NCBI GenBank assembly: GCA_050015075.1
Contig: JBEKCB010000004.1
Coordinates: forward strand, 96,001-160,000
Direction: 5' to 3'
DNA length: 64,000 bases
DNA from: Candidatus Brocadiia bacterium
GTDB lineage: Bacteria; Planctomycetota; Brocadiia; CAIUPP01
Part shown: piece after piece, positions 1 to 9,725 of the stretch
Layout: each line of letters starts with the position of its first letter
How positions within the stretch are numbered: the stretch's first letter is position 1
Made by a program: the position numbers and the translations under genes
The notes under the pieces: model-generated
Databases searched by the model: none
The model's input: only the letters and a program-made list of their open reading frames with translations
What the model was told of the DNA's origin: nothing

Positions 1-167
1 GGCTTGACGAAGACCAGCGACGGGAACACGTGCTCCTGCGCGTGATGGATCATCGTCGGCAGGTCTTCGGCGCTCGGCTGCGCCGAGCGGCACCCGCACA
101 GAGCGATCGCCAGAAACGCCAAAAGGATGCCCGCGGTCCGCGCGCCCGAGCGGAGTCTAGCCGTCAT
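1..167 (-). CDS. N-terminal fragment of a lipoprotein, possibly a trypsin-like (HtrA-type) serine protease; runs off the window
   Basis: Manual translation from ATG at 167: MTARLRSGARTAGILLAFLAIALCGCRSAQPSAEDLPTMIHHAQEHVFPSLVFVKP. Lipobox-like LCGC and GGGAGA RBS upstream. The protease call rests only on the VFPSLV resemblance. Confidence 0.5.
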   Translation of the reverse strand, partial: MTARLRSGARTAGILLAFLAIALCGCRSAQPSAEDLPTMIHHAQEHVFPSLVFVK

Positions 168-362
168 TTTCCATCTCCCAAGCCAGAGATCATTTGCGCA
201 GGCTTCTTATGCTAGCAGCATGAACCGGGGCTTTCAACCGAGAGGGTGTTCGGCCGGTTTCCGCTCAGTCACGGCCGGAAGGCTTCCTGAGCGCCTCGAT
301 GAGAGCGAGGGTAGGCAGTCCGTCGAGTTGCTGGAGCGCAGCCGGGAGTGTCGTTCAGCGCG

Positions 363-2456
363 TCATGGCCTGAGAGGGCGGCTTTGATCCGCGGCGCGGA
401 CCAGGCTCTGGACGAATCCCGGATCCGGCCGCCCGCCGAGTTTCTCGTACGTCTTCACGTCGGCCAGCGCCTGGCCGTATTCCCGCCTCTGGAAATGGAG
501 CCTGGCCCGGTTGTAATAAGCGCCGGCGTAATCGGGCCTCAGCGCGACAGCCTCGTCGAAATCGCGGAGGGCTTCGATGGAGCGGGCGCTCCGGGCGTAA
601 GCCCCGCCACGGTTGTTGTAGGCTTCGGCAAAATCCGGCTTCAACGCGATGGCCCGGTCGTAATCCGCGATGGCCTCGGAGTCGCGGTGAGCGTCAGCGC
701 GCGCATTGCCGCGGCTATTGTACGCCGTGGCGTAGTCCGGGTCCAAGTCGAGGGCCTTGTCGTAATCCCGCACGGCCTCGGTCAGGCGGCCCATCGTCGC
801 GTAGACGAGGCCGCGGTTATTGAAGGCCTCCGCAAAATCCGGCTTCAACGCGATGGCCTTGTCGTAATCGGCGATGGCATCGCTCAGCCGGCCGATCCCC
901 ACATCGGCGACGCCGCGGCTGTTGTAAGCGGCGGCGAAGTCCGGCTTCAACGCGATGGCCTTGTCGTAATCCCGGATGCTCTCACTCAGACGGCCAGCCC
1001 CCGCGCGGGCCAGGCCGCGGATATCGTAAGCCGGCGGGAAGTTCGGGTCCACGGCAAGAGCCCTGTCGCAGGAGCGGATCGCATCGTCGTACCGGGATGC
1101 GCTGACGTAAGCCTCGCCGAGGCTGCTCCAAGCGCGGCAATTCCCCGGCTGCTTGCGGGTCGCGTCCTCCCAGATCGAGACCTCCGTCCGGTAATCCGCG
1201 TTGCGCCGGAAGGTGGCCCAGCCCAGCGCGGCCGCGACCGCCATCGCAAGGACGACGGCCGTCATCGCCGCCGAATCATCCGACAGCGCCGATTGACGCG
1301 CCAGCCGCCGGATGAGCGCGTAGCCGGCGATCACCGCGCCTGCGACGACCGCTGCCAATGAAAGATACATCCGGTGCTCGAAGCACGCGTCTTTGATCGG
1401 CATGACCGACGAGGTCGGCGCGAGGATCAGGAAGAACCATGCGCCCAGGAATCCCAGCGCCGGCCGCCGAACGACGGCCCAGGCGGTGGCGGCCAGCAAC
1501 GCCGCCAGCGCAATCACTTCAGGCGCTACCTCCTCGAACGTCGCCGCGAACGGCCAGGGATAATCCAGGCAGAGCGACTGCGGCCAGAAACTCAGCCCCA
1601 GGTAATGGAGAATCACGCCCGGCTGCGTGAGCGCGTACCGCCACGGCGTGACGGTGCTTATCCCAAAGCCGGCGGCGCCCGATCCTTTGTACAGAAGCAT
1701 CATCGCGCCGAACACGGCCCAGGTCGCCGCCAGCCCAAGATAGAGCCCGCCGCGACGGCGGAACGTTTCGCGGAACGACCCGGCGAGGAACGCGCGATCG
1801 TACAGCAGCAGGACGATCGGCGCGGTGGCTATGACTTCCTTCGCCCCCATTCCCAGCGCGCAGACGATGACCGCGCCCGCGTACCACGGCCACGGCCGTT
1901 CGCTCGACGCGCCGCGGATCACCGCGTACAGCGTGAGCAGGTAGCAGAGTCCCATGAGCGATTCGGCGCGCTGGACGATATACGTCACCGATTCAGTCTG
2001 CAGCGGATGCAGCGCCCAGATCAGCGCCACGGCTGCCGCCAGCCCGGTCGCTGCGCCGCCGAACCGGTCGCGGAGTGCCGGCAGCAGCAGCGTGCGGCGG
2101 ACGATGCCGAAGAGCGTCAGCGCCGCGAGCAGATGGATGAGCAGGTTCCCGGCGTGGTACGAGCGCACCGCGAGTCTGCCGATGGCGTAATTCACCGCGA
2201 AAGACAGGTTCGCCAGCGGCCGGCGCGACAGGGTGACCTTGCCCGGCGGCATCAGAACCGCGGCGGAGCGCAGGCTGCGGATGGTCGCGTTCTTCTGGAT
2301 GGCGCTGACATCGTCGAAGATGAACGGGCCGCTGAAGCTGTTCGAGTACGCCGCCGCTACCGCCGCGATGATCACGAGGGCCGCCGGCACGGTCCAGACG
2401 AAACTCCGGGGTCCGAGGGATGAACGATGACGCGCTGTCTCATTCCTCATTCGCAC
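363..2456 (-). CDS. TMTC-like multi-pass membrane protein (GT-C fold, putative protein O-mannosyltransferase) with C-terminal TPR array
   Basis: FIFDD loop, RPLANLS, HPLQTESVTYIVQRAE, KE and EHRMYL motifs, many hydrophobic helices, then about 7 TPRs (AYNxRG...AIADYDKAIALKPD). Start is GTG 2456 or ATG 2450. Confidence 0.8.
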   Translation of the reverse strand: MRMRNETARHRSSLGPRSFVWTVPAALVIIAAVAAAYSNSFSGPFIFDDVSAIQKNATIRSLRSAAVLMPPGKVTLSRRPLANLSFAVNYAIGRLAVRSYHAGNLLIHLLAALTLFGIVRRTLLLPALRDRFGGAATGLAAAVALIWALHPLQTESVTYIVQRAESLMGLCYLLTLYAVIRGASSERPWPWYAGAVIVCALGMGAKEVIATAPIVLLLYDRAFLAGSFRETFRRRGGLYLGLAATWAVFGAMMLLYKGSGAAGFGISTVTPWRYALTQPGVILHYLGLSFWPQSLCLDYPWPFAATFEEVAPEVIALAALLAATAWAVVRRPALGFLGAWFFLILAPTSSVMPIKDACFEHRMYLSLAAVVAGAVIAGYALIRRLARQSALSDDSAAMTAVVLAMAVAAALGWATFRRNADYRTEVSIWEDATRKQPGNCRAWSSLGEAYVSASRYDDAIRSCDRALAVDPNFPPAYDIRGLARAGAGRLSESIRDYDKAIALKPDFAAAYNSRGVADVGIGRLSDAIADYDKAIALKPDFAEAFNNRGLVYATMGRLTEAVRDYDKALDLDPDYATAYNSRGNARADAHRDSEAIADYDRAIALKPDFAEAYNNRGGAYARSARSIEALRDFDEAVALRPDYAGAYYNRARLHFQRREYGQALADVKTYEKLGGRPDPGFVQSLVRAADQSRPLRP

Positions 2457-2459
2457 TTC

Positions 2460-3158
2460 TCACTTCAGGACGAAGCTGACCCAGACTTCCGTGCCGACTT
2501 TGGGGATCGCCGCGGTGTTGACTTCGAAGCCGAGCGTGTCGCCGCGGTACGGATTTCCGGCGGCGGAGGCGGCGTTCAGCACGCAGGCCTTGCGATACCA
2601 GAGGCCGACGGGCGTCCGCTCCATGTCGCCGACGTAGACCTCCTGTCCATCGGAAGTCTTGCCGGAGAAGGAGCCGGTGAAAACCCACTCGAGTTTCTCC
2701 GGCGGCCGCTTCGTGGCGCGATCCATCAGCCAGGATTCGGCATTCGCGGTGTGCTCGCCTTTATCGTCGCTCCAGCGCAGCGTGATGCCCACGCGGCTGC
2801 CGGGCGCGGCAGGCTCTTTCGGCGGCGGAGCGGCCGCGCCGCCCTTGAACGACTCGGGCATGCCGCCCGGCCTGGCGCCGAGCGCAAGCAGCGCGGCGTG
2901 CAGGTCGTGGCACTGGCCTTCGAGGATCAGCACCGACTCGTATTCCTTGCCGCTGTCCGCGTTGACGGCGAAGAAGTCGAGGATGCCGGAGGTGAGGCAG
3001 ACTGTGGCGCGGACCTCGGCGCGCCTCTCGGAGGCATAGATCGTGTATTTCCCGAGCACGCGCTTGAGCGGCGAGGCTGCGGTTTCCGGCGCGGCGAAGG
3101 CGTACGCGGACACAAAAAGCAGGGTCGCGGCGGCGAGAATCGAAATTTCCCGGCGCAT
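2460..3158 (-). CDS. YdjY-domain exported protein
   Basis: Signal peptide (MRREISILAAATLLFVSAYAFA); KEYESVL...DLHAALLALGARPG and WVFTGS motifs typical of YdjY-like proteins; GGAGG RBS before ATG 3158. Confidence 0.65.
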   Translation of the reverse strand: MRREISILAAATLLFVSAYAFAAPETAASPLKRVLGKYTIYASERRAEVRATVCLTSGILDFFAVNADSGKEYESVLILEGQCHDLHAALLALGARPGGMPESFKGGAAAPPPKEPAAPGSRVGITLRWSDDKGEHTANAESWLMDRATKRPPEKLEWVFTGSFSGKTSDGQEVYVGDMERTPVGLWYRKACVLNAASAAGNPYRGDTLGFEVNTAAIPKVGTEVWVSFVLK

Positions 3159-3293
3159 GAGTCGGCCTCCTTCATTCCCCTCGCGTGTCAAAGCCCTCCA
3201 TCAACATGACGCGAGTATAACGGCAAGGCGCGCGCGTTTCCATGCGGATTCGCGGGCGCAGGTCACCGCGCCGGGACAGACAGCGTCCTAGGG

Positions 3294-3343
3294 TTGTCAT
3301 CGTGCGAACCTTGTGGTAAGCTCCCGGCAATCCAAGGTTCGCA
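3294..3343 (+). promoter_or_regulatory. sigma70-type promoter overlapped by an 11-bp inverted repeat (candidate operator)
   Basis: TTGTCA (3294) - 17 nt - TAAGCT (3317) with extended TG; TGCGAACCTTG (3303-3313) and CAAGGTTCGCA (3333-3343) straddle the -10. Confidence 0.45.
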
Positions 3344-3365
3344 GGTTCAGTTCGAGAGGGCGTGA

Positions 3366-4757
3366 ATGAGCGTCTCTGGCCAATGCGATGAAGCCGCAAC
3401 TCGAATCCACGAGGCTTCAATTGCCCTTTTGGAAAATCCCGGCATCGGGATTGACCACGATGAGATAAGGTCCCTCCTCTTGAAGCGCGGCGCCAGGCCG
3501 GGAACCCGGAACGATAGCGTCAGGCTGCCAGCCGCGCTGATCGCCGAGGCGCTCGCGCAGTGCCCGAAGCAGTTCGATCTCACCGACCGCGGAGGCGTTC
3601 CGACCCGTTTGTCGGCTGTGTCGGAACCGGTCTTCTGGTCCTGTCCGGGAATGTTCCTGCATCGTTCCGACGAACACCGGCTCTTCACCTCGCGCGACAT
3701 GGCCGACATGAGCCGGCTGCTGCATCACCTCCGCCACGTGCAGGCGGTCTTCGGCATGTCGCTGGACGACGTGCCTCCTCCCGCGCGCGATGTGGTGGGC
3801 TTGCAGATCATGGCGAAGAACACCTCCAAGCACCTGCGCGTCCTGTGCTTTTCGCCGGAAGGGGCCGAGGCGCTGACGCGCATGAAGCCGGTGGTCGGAA
3901 AACATCCCTGGTTCAGCGTCGGCTTCACCGCCCATGGCCCGCTGCGCTGGACGGGGCTGGCGCTGGAGATATTCCGGAAGACGGCCGGTCACGGGATTCC
4001 GGTTTCCGTCAACGGAGAACCGATGGCGGGCGCTTCGGGTCCGGCGACGCTCGCCGGCTCGGCCGCCGTGGGGAATGCGGAGATTCTCGCCGGCCTTGTC
4101 GTCAACCAGCTTCTGGAACCGGGCCGGCCCTGCATTTACAACCTTGGCCTGGCGCACATCTTCGACATGAGGGCGGCTGTAGCTGTGACGGGCGGGCCGG
4201 AAAACGCCCTCCTCGCTCAGATTTCCGCCCGCATGGGCCGGTACTACGATCTGCCATCCGCCTCGTGGGTCTCCACGGAGGCGCTGTCGCCCGACGGACA
4301 GGCCGCGCTCGAAAAAATGTTCGGCTTTCATTCCCACATGGAGAGCGGCGTCAACTGCATCTGGGGCGTCGGGCAGCTGGAATCGGAACTGGCGATTTCT
4401 CCGGAGCAGGCGGTCATTGACAACGAAATGATCGGCTTCGCCTTGCGGTATCGTCGAGGGTTCACGACCAGCGCCGATGCGCTGGCGGTGGAGGTCACCC
4501 GCGCCGTGGGCATCGCGGGCTCATTTCTCGACCAGGAGCACACCGCTGCGCATTGTCGCTCGGAATTCTTCATGCCGGATCTGCTGTTCAGAGGGCGGCG
4601 CGCGGCGGACGCCGGCGGGACCGATCACCTGCGGAAGCGCGCGGAGGAGATCGCCGCGGAGGAGATGGCCAAGCCGGCGGAGAACGGGCTTTCCGCCGAC
4701 CAGGCGCGCGCGCTGGACGACATCGCCTCGGACTTCCTTCAGCGGATAGCCGGTTAG
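3366..4757 (+). CDS. Trimethylamine methyltransferase (MttB/MtgB) family protein, non-pyrrolysine
   Basis: RIHEASIALLE, PMAGASGPATLAG...NAEILAG, DMR...GGPE, GQLESELAISPEQAVIDNE motifs; no in-frame TAG. Confidence 0.85.
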   Translation: MSVSGQCDEAATRIHEASIALLENPGIGIDHDEIRSLLLKRGARPGTRNDSVRLPAALIAEALAQCPKQFDLTDRGGVPTRLSAVSEPVFWSCPGMFLHRSDEHRLFTSRDMADMSRLLHHLRHVQAVFGMSLDDVPPPARDVVGLQIMAKNTSKHLRVLCFSPEGAEALTRMKPVVGKHPWFSVGFTAHGPLRWTGLALEIFRKTAGHGIPVSVNGEPMAGASGPATLAGSAAVGNAEILAGLVVNQLLEPGRPCIYNLGLAHIFDMRAAVAVTGGPENALLAQISARMGRYYDLPSASWVSTEALSPDGQAALEKMFGFHSHMESGVNCIWGVGQLESELAISPEQAVIDNEMIGFALRYRRGFTTSADALAVEVTRAVGIAGSFLDQEHTAAHCRSEFFMPDLLFRGRRAADAGGTDHLRKRAEEIAAEEMAKPAENGLSADQARALDDIASDFLQRIAG

Positions 4758-4792
4758 GTATTCCGGCCGCCCGTCCCGTGCCGCCAGTCGCC

Positions 4793-4840
4793 TTGACAAC
4801 GTCATGGCCAGCGGATAGATTCCGCTTGTCATTCCGCTTG
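4793..4840 (+). promoter_or_regulatory. sigma70 promoter for the paralog array, with a direct repeat over the predicted transcription start
   Basis: TTGACA (4793) - 17 nt - TAGATT (4816); ATTCCGCTTG repeated at 4819 and 4831. Confidence 0.55.
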
Positions 4841-4881
4841 ACGACCCGGGCCCGGATTCCCCGTGAAAAGGAGGGACGAAG

Positions 4882-6069
4882 ATGATGATGTGGCAGCGCG
4901 TTCTGACGACAGGCGTCGTGCTGCTGGTCGCGACCGTTGCCGTCGCCGCGGACGAGGCCAAACCTGAGGCCTCCAATCCCTATGCGCAATGGAAGAACGG
5001 GCCGCCGAAGGATGCTTCCTTCTTCCCCATCGCCGTCTGGTGTCAGGACCCCGCGAATGCGGCCAAGTTTAAGAATGCGGGCATCAACGTATATATGGCC
5101 CTATGGAAAGGTCCGACCGAAGCCGACCTCGCTACGCTCAAGAAGGCCGGAGTATTGCTCATCTGCGACCAGAATGCCGTCGGCCTGGCTCACAAGAACG
5201 ATCCGACGATTATCGGCTGGATGCACGGCGACGAACCGGACAACGCCCAGGAGGTCCCGGGCGGCAAAGGCTACGGGCCGCCCATACTGCCGGCCAAGAT
5301 CATTGCCGGATACGAAGCGGCCGTCAAGGCGGACCCCACCCGGCCGGTGTTGCTCAATCTCGGCCGATCCGTGGCCTGGAACGGCTTTCCGGATCGCGGC
5401 GTGCGCTCCGAGCATGACGAAGATTACGCCGAATATGCCAAGGGAAGCGACATCGTCTCGTTCGACGTCTACCCCGTGTCGAACGTAGAGAAGCCAGCGG
5501 TCAAAGGCCAGTTGAATTTGGTTGCCCACGGCGTGGAGAACCTGATCAAGTGGACCGAAGGACACAAGATCGTCTGGAACGTCATCGAATGCACCGCGAT
5601 TAACGGAGCCGGGAAGGCGACGCCCAAGCAGGTCAAAGCCGAAGTCTGGATGAGCCTGGTGAGCGGGAGCCAGGGAATCACCTATTTCGTCCATCAATTC
5701 AAGCCCACCTTCGATGAGCACGCGCTGCTGGACGATCCGCCGATGCTCACCGCGGTGACGGCGCTCAACAAGCAGATCCATGAACTCGCCCCCGCTCTGA
5801 ACAGCCCCACCGTGAAGGACGCGGTCAAGGTGGAATGCTCGAACAAGGAGGTGCCGGTGGCGGCCATGGTGAAGAAAGAAGGCGGCGCAACGTACGTCTT
5901 TGCAGTTGCCATGAAGGCCGGCGAAACGGAAGCGACGTTCGGCCTGGAGGGTCTTCCTGCCGGCGCGCAGGTCGAAGTCCTCGGCGAAAACCGGAAGATT
6001 GAGCCGGCGGAGGGGAAGTTCAAGGACCGCTTCAGCAACTGGGACGTGCATCTCTATCGGATCAAATAG
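4882..6069 (+). CDS. Secreted clan GH-A-like glycoside hydrolase, array copy 1
   Basis: Sec signal ending AVA-A|DEAKP; GWMHGDEPDN (putative acid/base), FDVYP, WNVIECT (putative nucleophile); C-terminal beta-rich domain ending VHLYRIK; AAGGAGG RBS. Confidence 0.7.
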   Translation: MMMWQRVLTTGVVLLVATVAVAADEAKPEASNPYAQWKNGPPKDASFFPIAVWCQDPANAAKFKNAGINVYMALWKGPTEADLATLKKAGVLLICDQNAVGLAHKNDPTIIGWMHGDEPDNAQEVPGGKGYGPPILPAKIIAGYEAAVKADPTRPVLLNLGRSVAWNGFPDRGVRSEHDEDYAEYAKGSDIVSFDVYPVSNVEKPAVKGQLNLVAHGVENLIKWTEGHKIVWNVIECTAINGAGKATPKQVKAEVWMSLVSGSQGITYFVHQFKPTFDEHALLDDPPMLTAVTALNKQIHELAPALNSPTVKDAVKVECSNKEVPVAAMVKKEGGATYVFAVAMKAGETEATFGLEGLPAGAQVEVLGENRKIEPAEGKFKDRFSNWDVHLYRIK

Positions 6070-6083
6070 TCAAAGGAGAAACG

Positions 6084-7274
6084 ATGATGATCGGGCGGCG
6101 AGTCCTGGCGACGTGCGCTGTTCTTTTGGCCGCGACCATTGCCGCCGGCGCGGATGAAGCTAAACCGGCGGCCTCCAATCCCTATGCGCAATGGAAGAAC
6201 GGGCCGCCGAAGGATGCCGGCTACTTCCCCATCGCCGTCTGGCTGCAGGCCCCGGCGAACGCCGCCCGGTACAAGAACGCGGGCATCAATGTCTATGTCG
6301 GCTTGTGGCAGGGGCCGACGACAGCCCAACTCGCCGAGCTCAAGAAAAACGGAATGCAGGTCATCTGCGACCAGAATGCCGTCGGCCTGGCCCACAAAGA
6401 CGACCCGACCATCATCGGCTGGATGCACGGAGACGAACCGGACAATGCCCAGGAGCTCCCGGGCGGCAAAGGCTACGGGCAGCCCATATTGCCCTCCAAG
6501 ATCTTTGCGGAATACGAAGCGGTCCGCAAGACGGACCCCACTCGGCCGGTGCTCCTCAACCTCGGCGTGGGAGTGGCCTGGGACGGCTGGTACGGCCGCA
6601 ATGTGCCGGAGAATCTGCGGGAGACCTACGCCGAATCCCAGTACGTCAAGGGATGCGACGTCGTCTCGTTCGACATCTACCCCGTGGCGTCGGACGACGC
6701 GGCGGTCAAAAACAAGCTGGACTTCGTCGCCCTGGGCGTCGAGCGGCTGGTCAAGTGGACCGACGGGCGCAAGGTCGTTTGGAACTGCATCGAATGCGGA
6801 CGGATCGGCGGGACCGGCAAGGCGACGCCCAAGCAGGTCAAAGCGGAAGTCTGGATGAGCCTGGTGCATGGGAGCCAGGGAATCATCTATTTCGTCCATC
6901 AATTCAAGCCGACCTTTAACGAGCACTCGCTCCTGGACGATCCCGAGATGCTCGTCGCAGTGACGGCGCTGGACAAGCAGATCCATGAGCTCGCCCCCGC
7001 GCTGAACAGCCCCACCGTGAAGGACACGCTCAAGGTGGAATCCTCGAATAAGGAGGTGCCGGTGGCGGCCATGGTGAAGAAGGAAGGCGGAGCGACGTAC
7101 GTCTTCGCCGTCGCCATGAAGCCCGGCGAGACGGAAACCACGTTCGCTCTCGAGGGTCTCCCTGCCGGCGCGCAGATCGAAGTCCTCGGCGAAAACCGGA
7201 AGATTGAGCCGGCGGACGGCAAGTTCACGGACCGTTTCAGCAACTGGGACGTGCATCTCTACCGAGTCAAATAG
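6084..7274 (+). CDS. Secreted clan GH-A-like glycoside hydrolase, array copy 2
   Basis: Full-length paralog of copy 1; HGDEPDN and WNCIECG; AAGGAG RBS. Confidence 0.7.
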   Translation: MMIGRRVLATCAVLLAATIAAGADEAKPAASNPYAQWKNGPPKDAGYFPIAVWLQAPANAARYKNAGINVYVGLWQGPTTAQLAELKKNGMQVICDQNAVGLAHKDDPTIIGWMHGDEPDNAQELPGGKGYGQPILPSKIFAEYEAVRKTDPTRPVLLNLGVGVAWDGWYGRNVPENLRETYAESQYVKGCDVVSFDIYPVASDDAAVKNKLDFVALGVERLVKWTDGRKVVWNCIECGRIGGTGKATPKQVKAEVWMSLVHGSQGIIYFVHQFKPTFNEHSLLDDPEMLVAVTALDKQIHELAPALNSPTVKDTLKVESSNKEVPVAAMVKKEGGATYVFAVAMKPGETETTFALEGLPAGAQIEVLGENRKIEPADGKFTDRFSNWDVHLYRVK

Positions 7275-7290
7275 TCAAAGGAGGGCAACG

Positions 7291-8454
7291 ATGATCGTGC
7301 GGCGAGTTCTGGCGACGTGCGTTATCCTGCTGGCTGCGACCGTCGCCGCCGGTGCGGACGAAGCGAAACCTGAGTTCTCCAGCCCCTACGCGCAATGGAA
7401 GAACGGTCCGTCGAAGGACGACGCCTACTTCCCCATCGCCGTCTGGTGCCAGGAGCCTGTTATGGCGCCCGAGTACCAGAAAGCGGGCATCAATCTGTAC
7501 TTCGCGCTCTGGGAAGGGCCGACCGAGGCCCAGCTCGCCGAGCTGAAGAAAGACGGAATGCAGGTCGTCTGCGCGCAGAACGCCGTCGGCCTGGCGCATA
7601 TTGACGACCCGACCATCGTCGGCTGGATGCACGGCGACGAACCTGACAATGCCCAAAGCGGCGGCGCGCCCGTGCCGCCGGCGAAGATCGTCGAGGAATA
7701 CGAAGCGATCCGCAAGGCGGATCCTTCGCGGCCGGTGTTCGTCAATTTCGGCCGGGGCGTGGCCTGGGACGGCTGGAAGGGCCGTGGCACACGGAACAAT
7801 CACCCCGAGGACTTCGCCGAGTACATCAAGGGATGCGATATCGCCTCGTTCGACATCTATCCCGTGGCGAACATGCCGGCGAACCTCCGGGGCCAGTTGG
7901 ATTTCGTCGGCCACGGCGTCGAGCGGCTGGTCAAGTGGTGCGATGGGGGCAAGTACGCCTGGAACGCCCTCGAATGCACGCGGATCCACGGCGATGACAA
8001 GCCGACGCCCAAGCAGGTCAGGACGGAAGTCTGGATGAGCCTGGTGAAGGGAAGCCGCGGAATCATCTACTTCGTCCATCAATTCCTGCCCAAGTTTGAC
8101 GAGCATGCGCTGCTGGACGATCCCGAGATGCTCGCCGCGGTGACGGCGATCAATCGGCAGATCACGAGGCTCGCGCCCGTGCTGAACAGCCCCACCATTC
8201 CGGACGGAGTCAAGGTGGAATCCTCGAATAAGGACGTGCCGCTGGCGACCATGGTGAAGAAGCAAGGCGGCGCGACGTACATCTTCGCCGTCGCCATGAA
8301 GGCCGGCGCAACGGATGCCACCTTCACGCTCGACGGTCTCGCCGCCGGCGCGCAGGTCAGGGTCGTCGGCGAACGCCGGAGCATTGAGCCGGCGGACGGC
8401 AAGATTCGCGACCACTTCGACGACTGGGACGCGCATATCTATCGGATCCGGTAG
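7291..8454 (+). CDS. Secreted clan GH-A-like glycoside hydrolase, array copy 3
   Basis: Paralog; start moved to ATG 7291 after AAGGAGG; HGDEPDN and WNALECT; short deletion in the loop after DEPDNAQ. Confidence 0.7.
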   Translation: MIVRRVLATCVILLAATVAAGADEAKPEFSSPYAQWKNGPSKDDAYFPIAVWCQEPVMAPEYQKAGINLYFALWEGPTEAQLAELKKDGMQVVCAQNAVGLAHIDDPTIVGWMHGDEPDNAQSGGAPVPPAKIVEEYEAIRKADPSRPVFVNFGRGVAWDGWKGRGTRNNHPEDFAEYIKGCDIASFDIYPVANMPANLRGQLDFVGHGVERLVKWCDGGKYAWNALECTRIHGDDKPTPKQVRTEVWMSLVKGSRGIIYFVHQFLPKFDEHALLDDPEMLAAVTAINRQITRLAPVLNSPTIPDGVKVESSNKDVPLATMVKKQGGATYIFAVAMKAGATDATFTLDGLAAGAQVRVVGERRSIEPADGKIRDHFDDWDAHIYRIR

Positions 8455-8523
8455 ATGGCGGCTTTCAAGCCGTATGGGTTGTGCGCGCCCGCGTCACCGG
8501 ATTACCAGCGAAAAGGAGCAACG

Positions 8524-9711
8524 ATGATAATCTGGCGTCGAGTTCTGACGGCGGCCGTGGTCCTGCTGGCGGCGACCATCGCCGCAGGCGCGGACGAGGC
8601 TAAACCTGAGTACTCCAGCCCGTATGCGCAGTGGAAGAACGGGCCGCCGAAGGATGAGTCCTATTTCCCCATTGCCGTCTGGAACCAGAACCCGATGAAC
8701 GCGGCCAGGTACCAGAAGGCGGGCATCAATCTTTACATCGGCCTGTGGGAAGGTCCGACTGAGGTCCAGCTCGCCGAGCTGAAGAAACACGGAATGCCGG
8801 TCATCTGCGACCAGAACGCCGTGGGCCTGGCTCACGTTAACGATCCGACCATTATCGGCTGGATGCAGCAGGACGAACCGGACAATTCCCAGGAGATCCC
8901 GGGCAAGGAAGGTTACACGCCGCCGATCACGCCGGCCAGGGTCCTTGAGATCTATCAGGCGCTCCGCAAGGCGGATTCCACGCGGCCGGTGTTCCTCGGC
9001 CTCGGCCAGGGCGTGGCCTGGGACAACTGGTTCGGCCGCGGTGTACGCACCAATCACCCGGAGGACTACGCTGAGTACGTCAAGGGGTGCGACATCGCCG
9101 ACTTCGATATCTATCCCATGTCGCACGATAACCCGCAGGTCTATGGCAAGCTGGATTTCGTCGCCAAGGGCGTCGAGCGGCTGGTCAAGTGGACCGAAGG
9201 CCGCAAAATCGTCTGGAACACGATGGAATGCACGCTGATCGGCGGCTCGAATACCAGGCCGACGCCCAAGCAGGTCAAAGCGGAAGTCTGGATGAGCCTG
9301 GTGCACGGAAGCCGCGGAATCCAGTATTTCGTTTGTTCATTCAAGCCAACGTTCAAGGAGTACGCGCTGCTGGACGATCCCGAGATGCTCTCTGCGGTGA
9401 CGGCGATCAACAAGGAAATCCGGGAACTCGCGCCGGTGCTGAACAGCCCCACCATCAAGGACGCGCTCAAGGTGGAATCCTCGAACAAGGACGTGCCGGT
9501 GGCGACGATGGTGAAGAAGCACGGCGGCGCGACGTACGTCTTTGCCGTCGCCATGAAGGCCGGCGAGACGGAAGCCGCCTTCGCCCTCGAAGGTCTCCCT
9601 GCCGCCGCGCAGGTCGAAGTCATCGGCGAGAAGCGGAAGATCGAGCCGGCGGACGGCAAGTTCAAGGACCGCTTCGGCGGCTGGGACGTGCATCTCTATC
9701 GGATCAAGTAG
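8524..9711 (+). CDS. Secreted clan GH-A-like glycoside hydrolase, array copy 4
   Basis: Paralog; ATG 8524 after AAGGAG; QQDEPDN and WNTMECT. Confidence 0.7.
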   Translation: MIIWRRVLTAAVVLLAATIAAGADEAKPEYSSPYAQWKNGPPKDESYFPIAVWNQNPMNAARYQKAGINLYIGLWEGPTEVQLAELKKHGMPVICDQNAVGLAHVNDPTIIGWMQQDEPDNSQEIPGKEGYTPPITPARVLEIYQALRKADSTRPVFLGLGQGVAWDNWFGRGVRTNHPEDYAEYVKGCDIADFDIYPMSHDNPQVYGKLDFVAKGVERLVKWTEGRKIVWNTMECTLIGGSNTRPTPKQVKAEVWMSLVHGSRGIQYFVCSFKPTFKEYALLDDPEMLSAVTAINKEIRELAPVLNSPTIKDALKVESSNKDVPVATMVKKHGGATYVFAVAMKAGETEAAFALEGLPAAAQVEVIGEKRKIEPADGKFKDRFGGWDVHLYRIK

Positions 9712-9725
9712 GTAAAGGAGAAACG

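Noticed and set aside
600-1000. 102-bp periodic DNA repeats
   Set aside because: Fully explained by the encoded 34-aa TPR repeats.
3366-4757. Pyrrolysine recoding in the MttB homolog
   Set aside because: The ORF is full length without an internal TAG, and no pyl genes are seen.
9189-9725. N-terminal extensions in the ORF track (copy 5 from 9189; likewise GH26 from 17515, G1PDH from 27198, secreted protein from 55988)
   Set aside because: They overlap real genes in another frame; RBS and signal peptides support the downstream starts.
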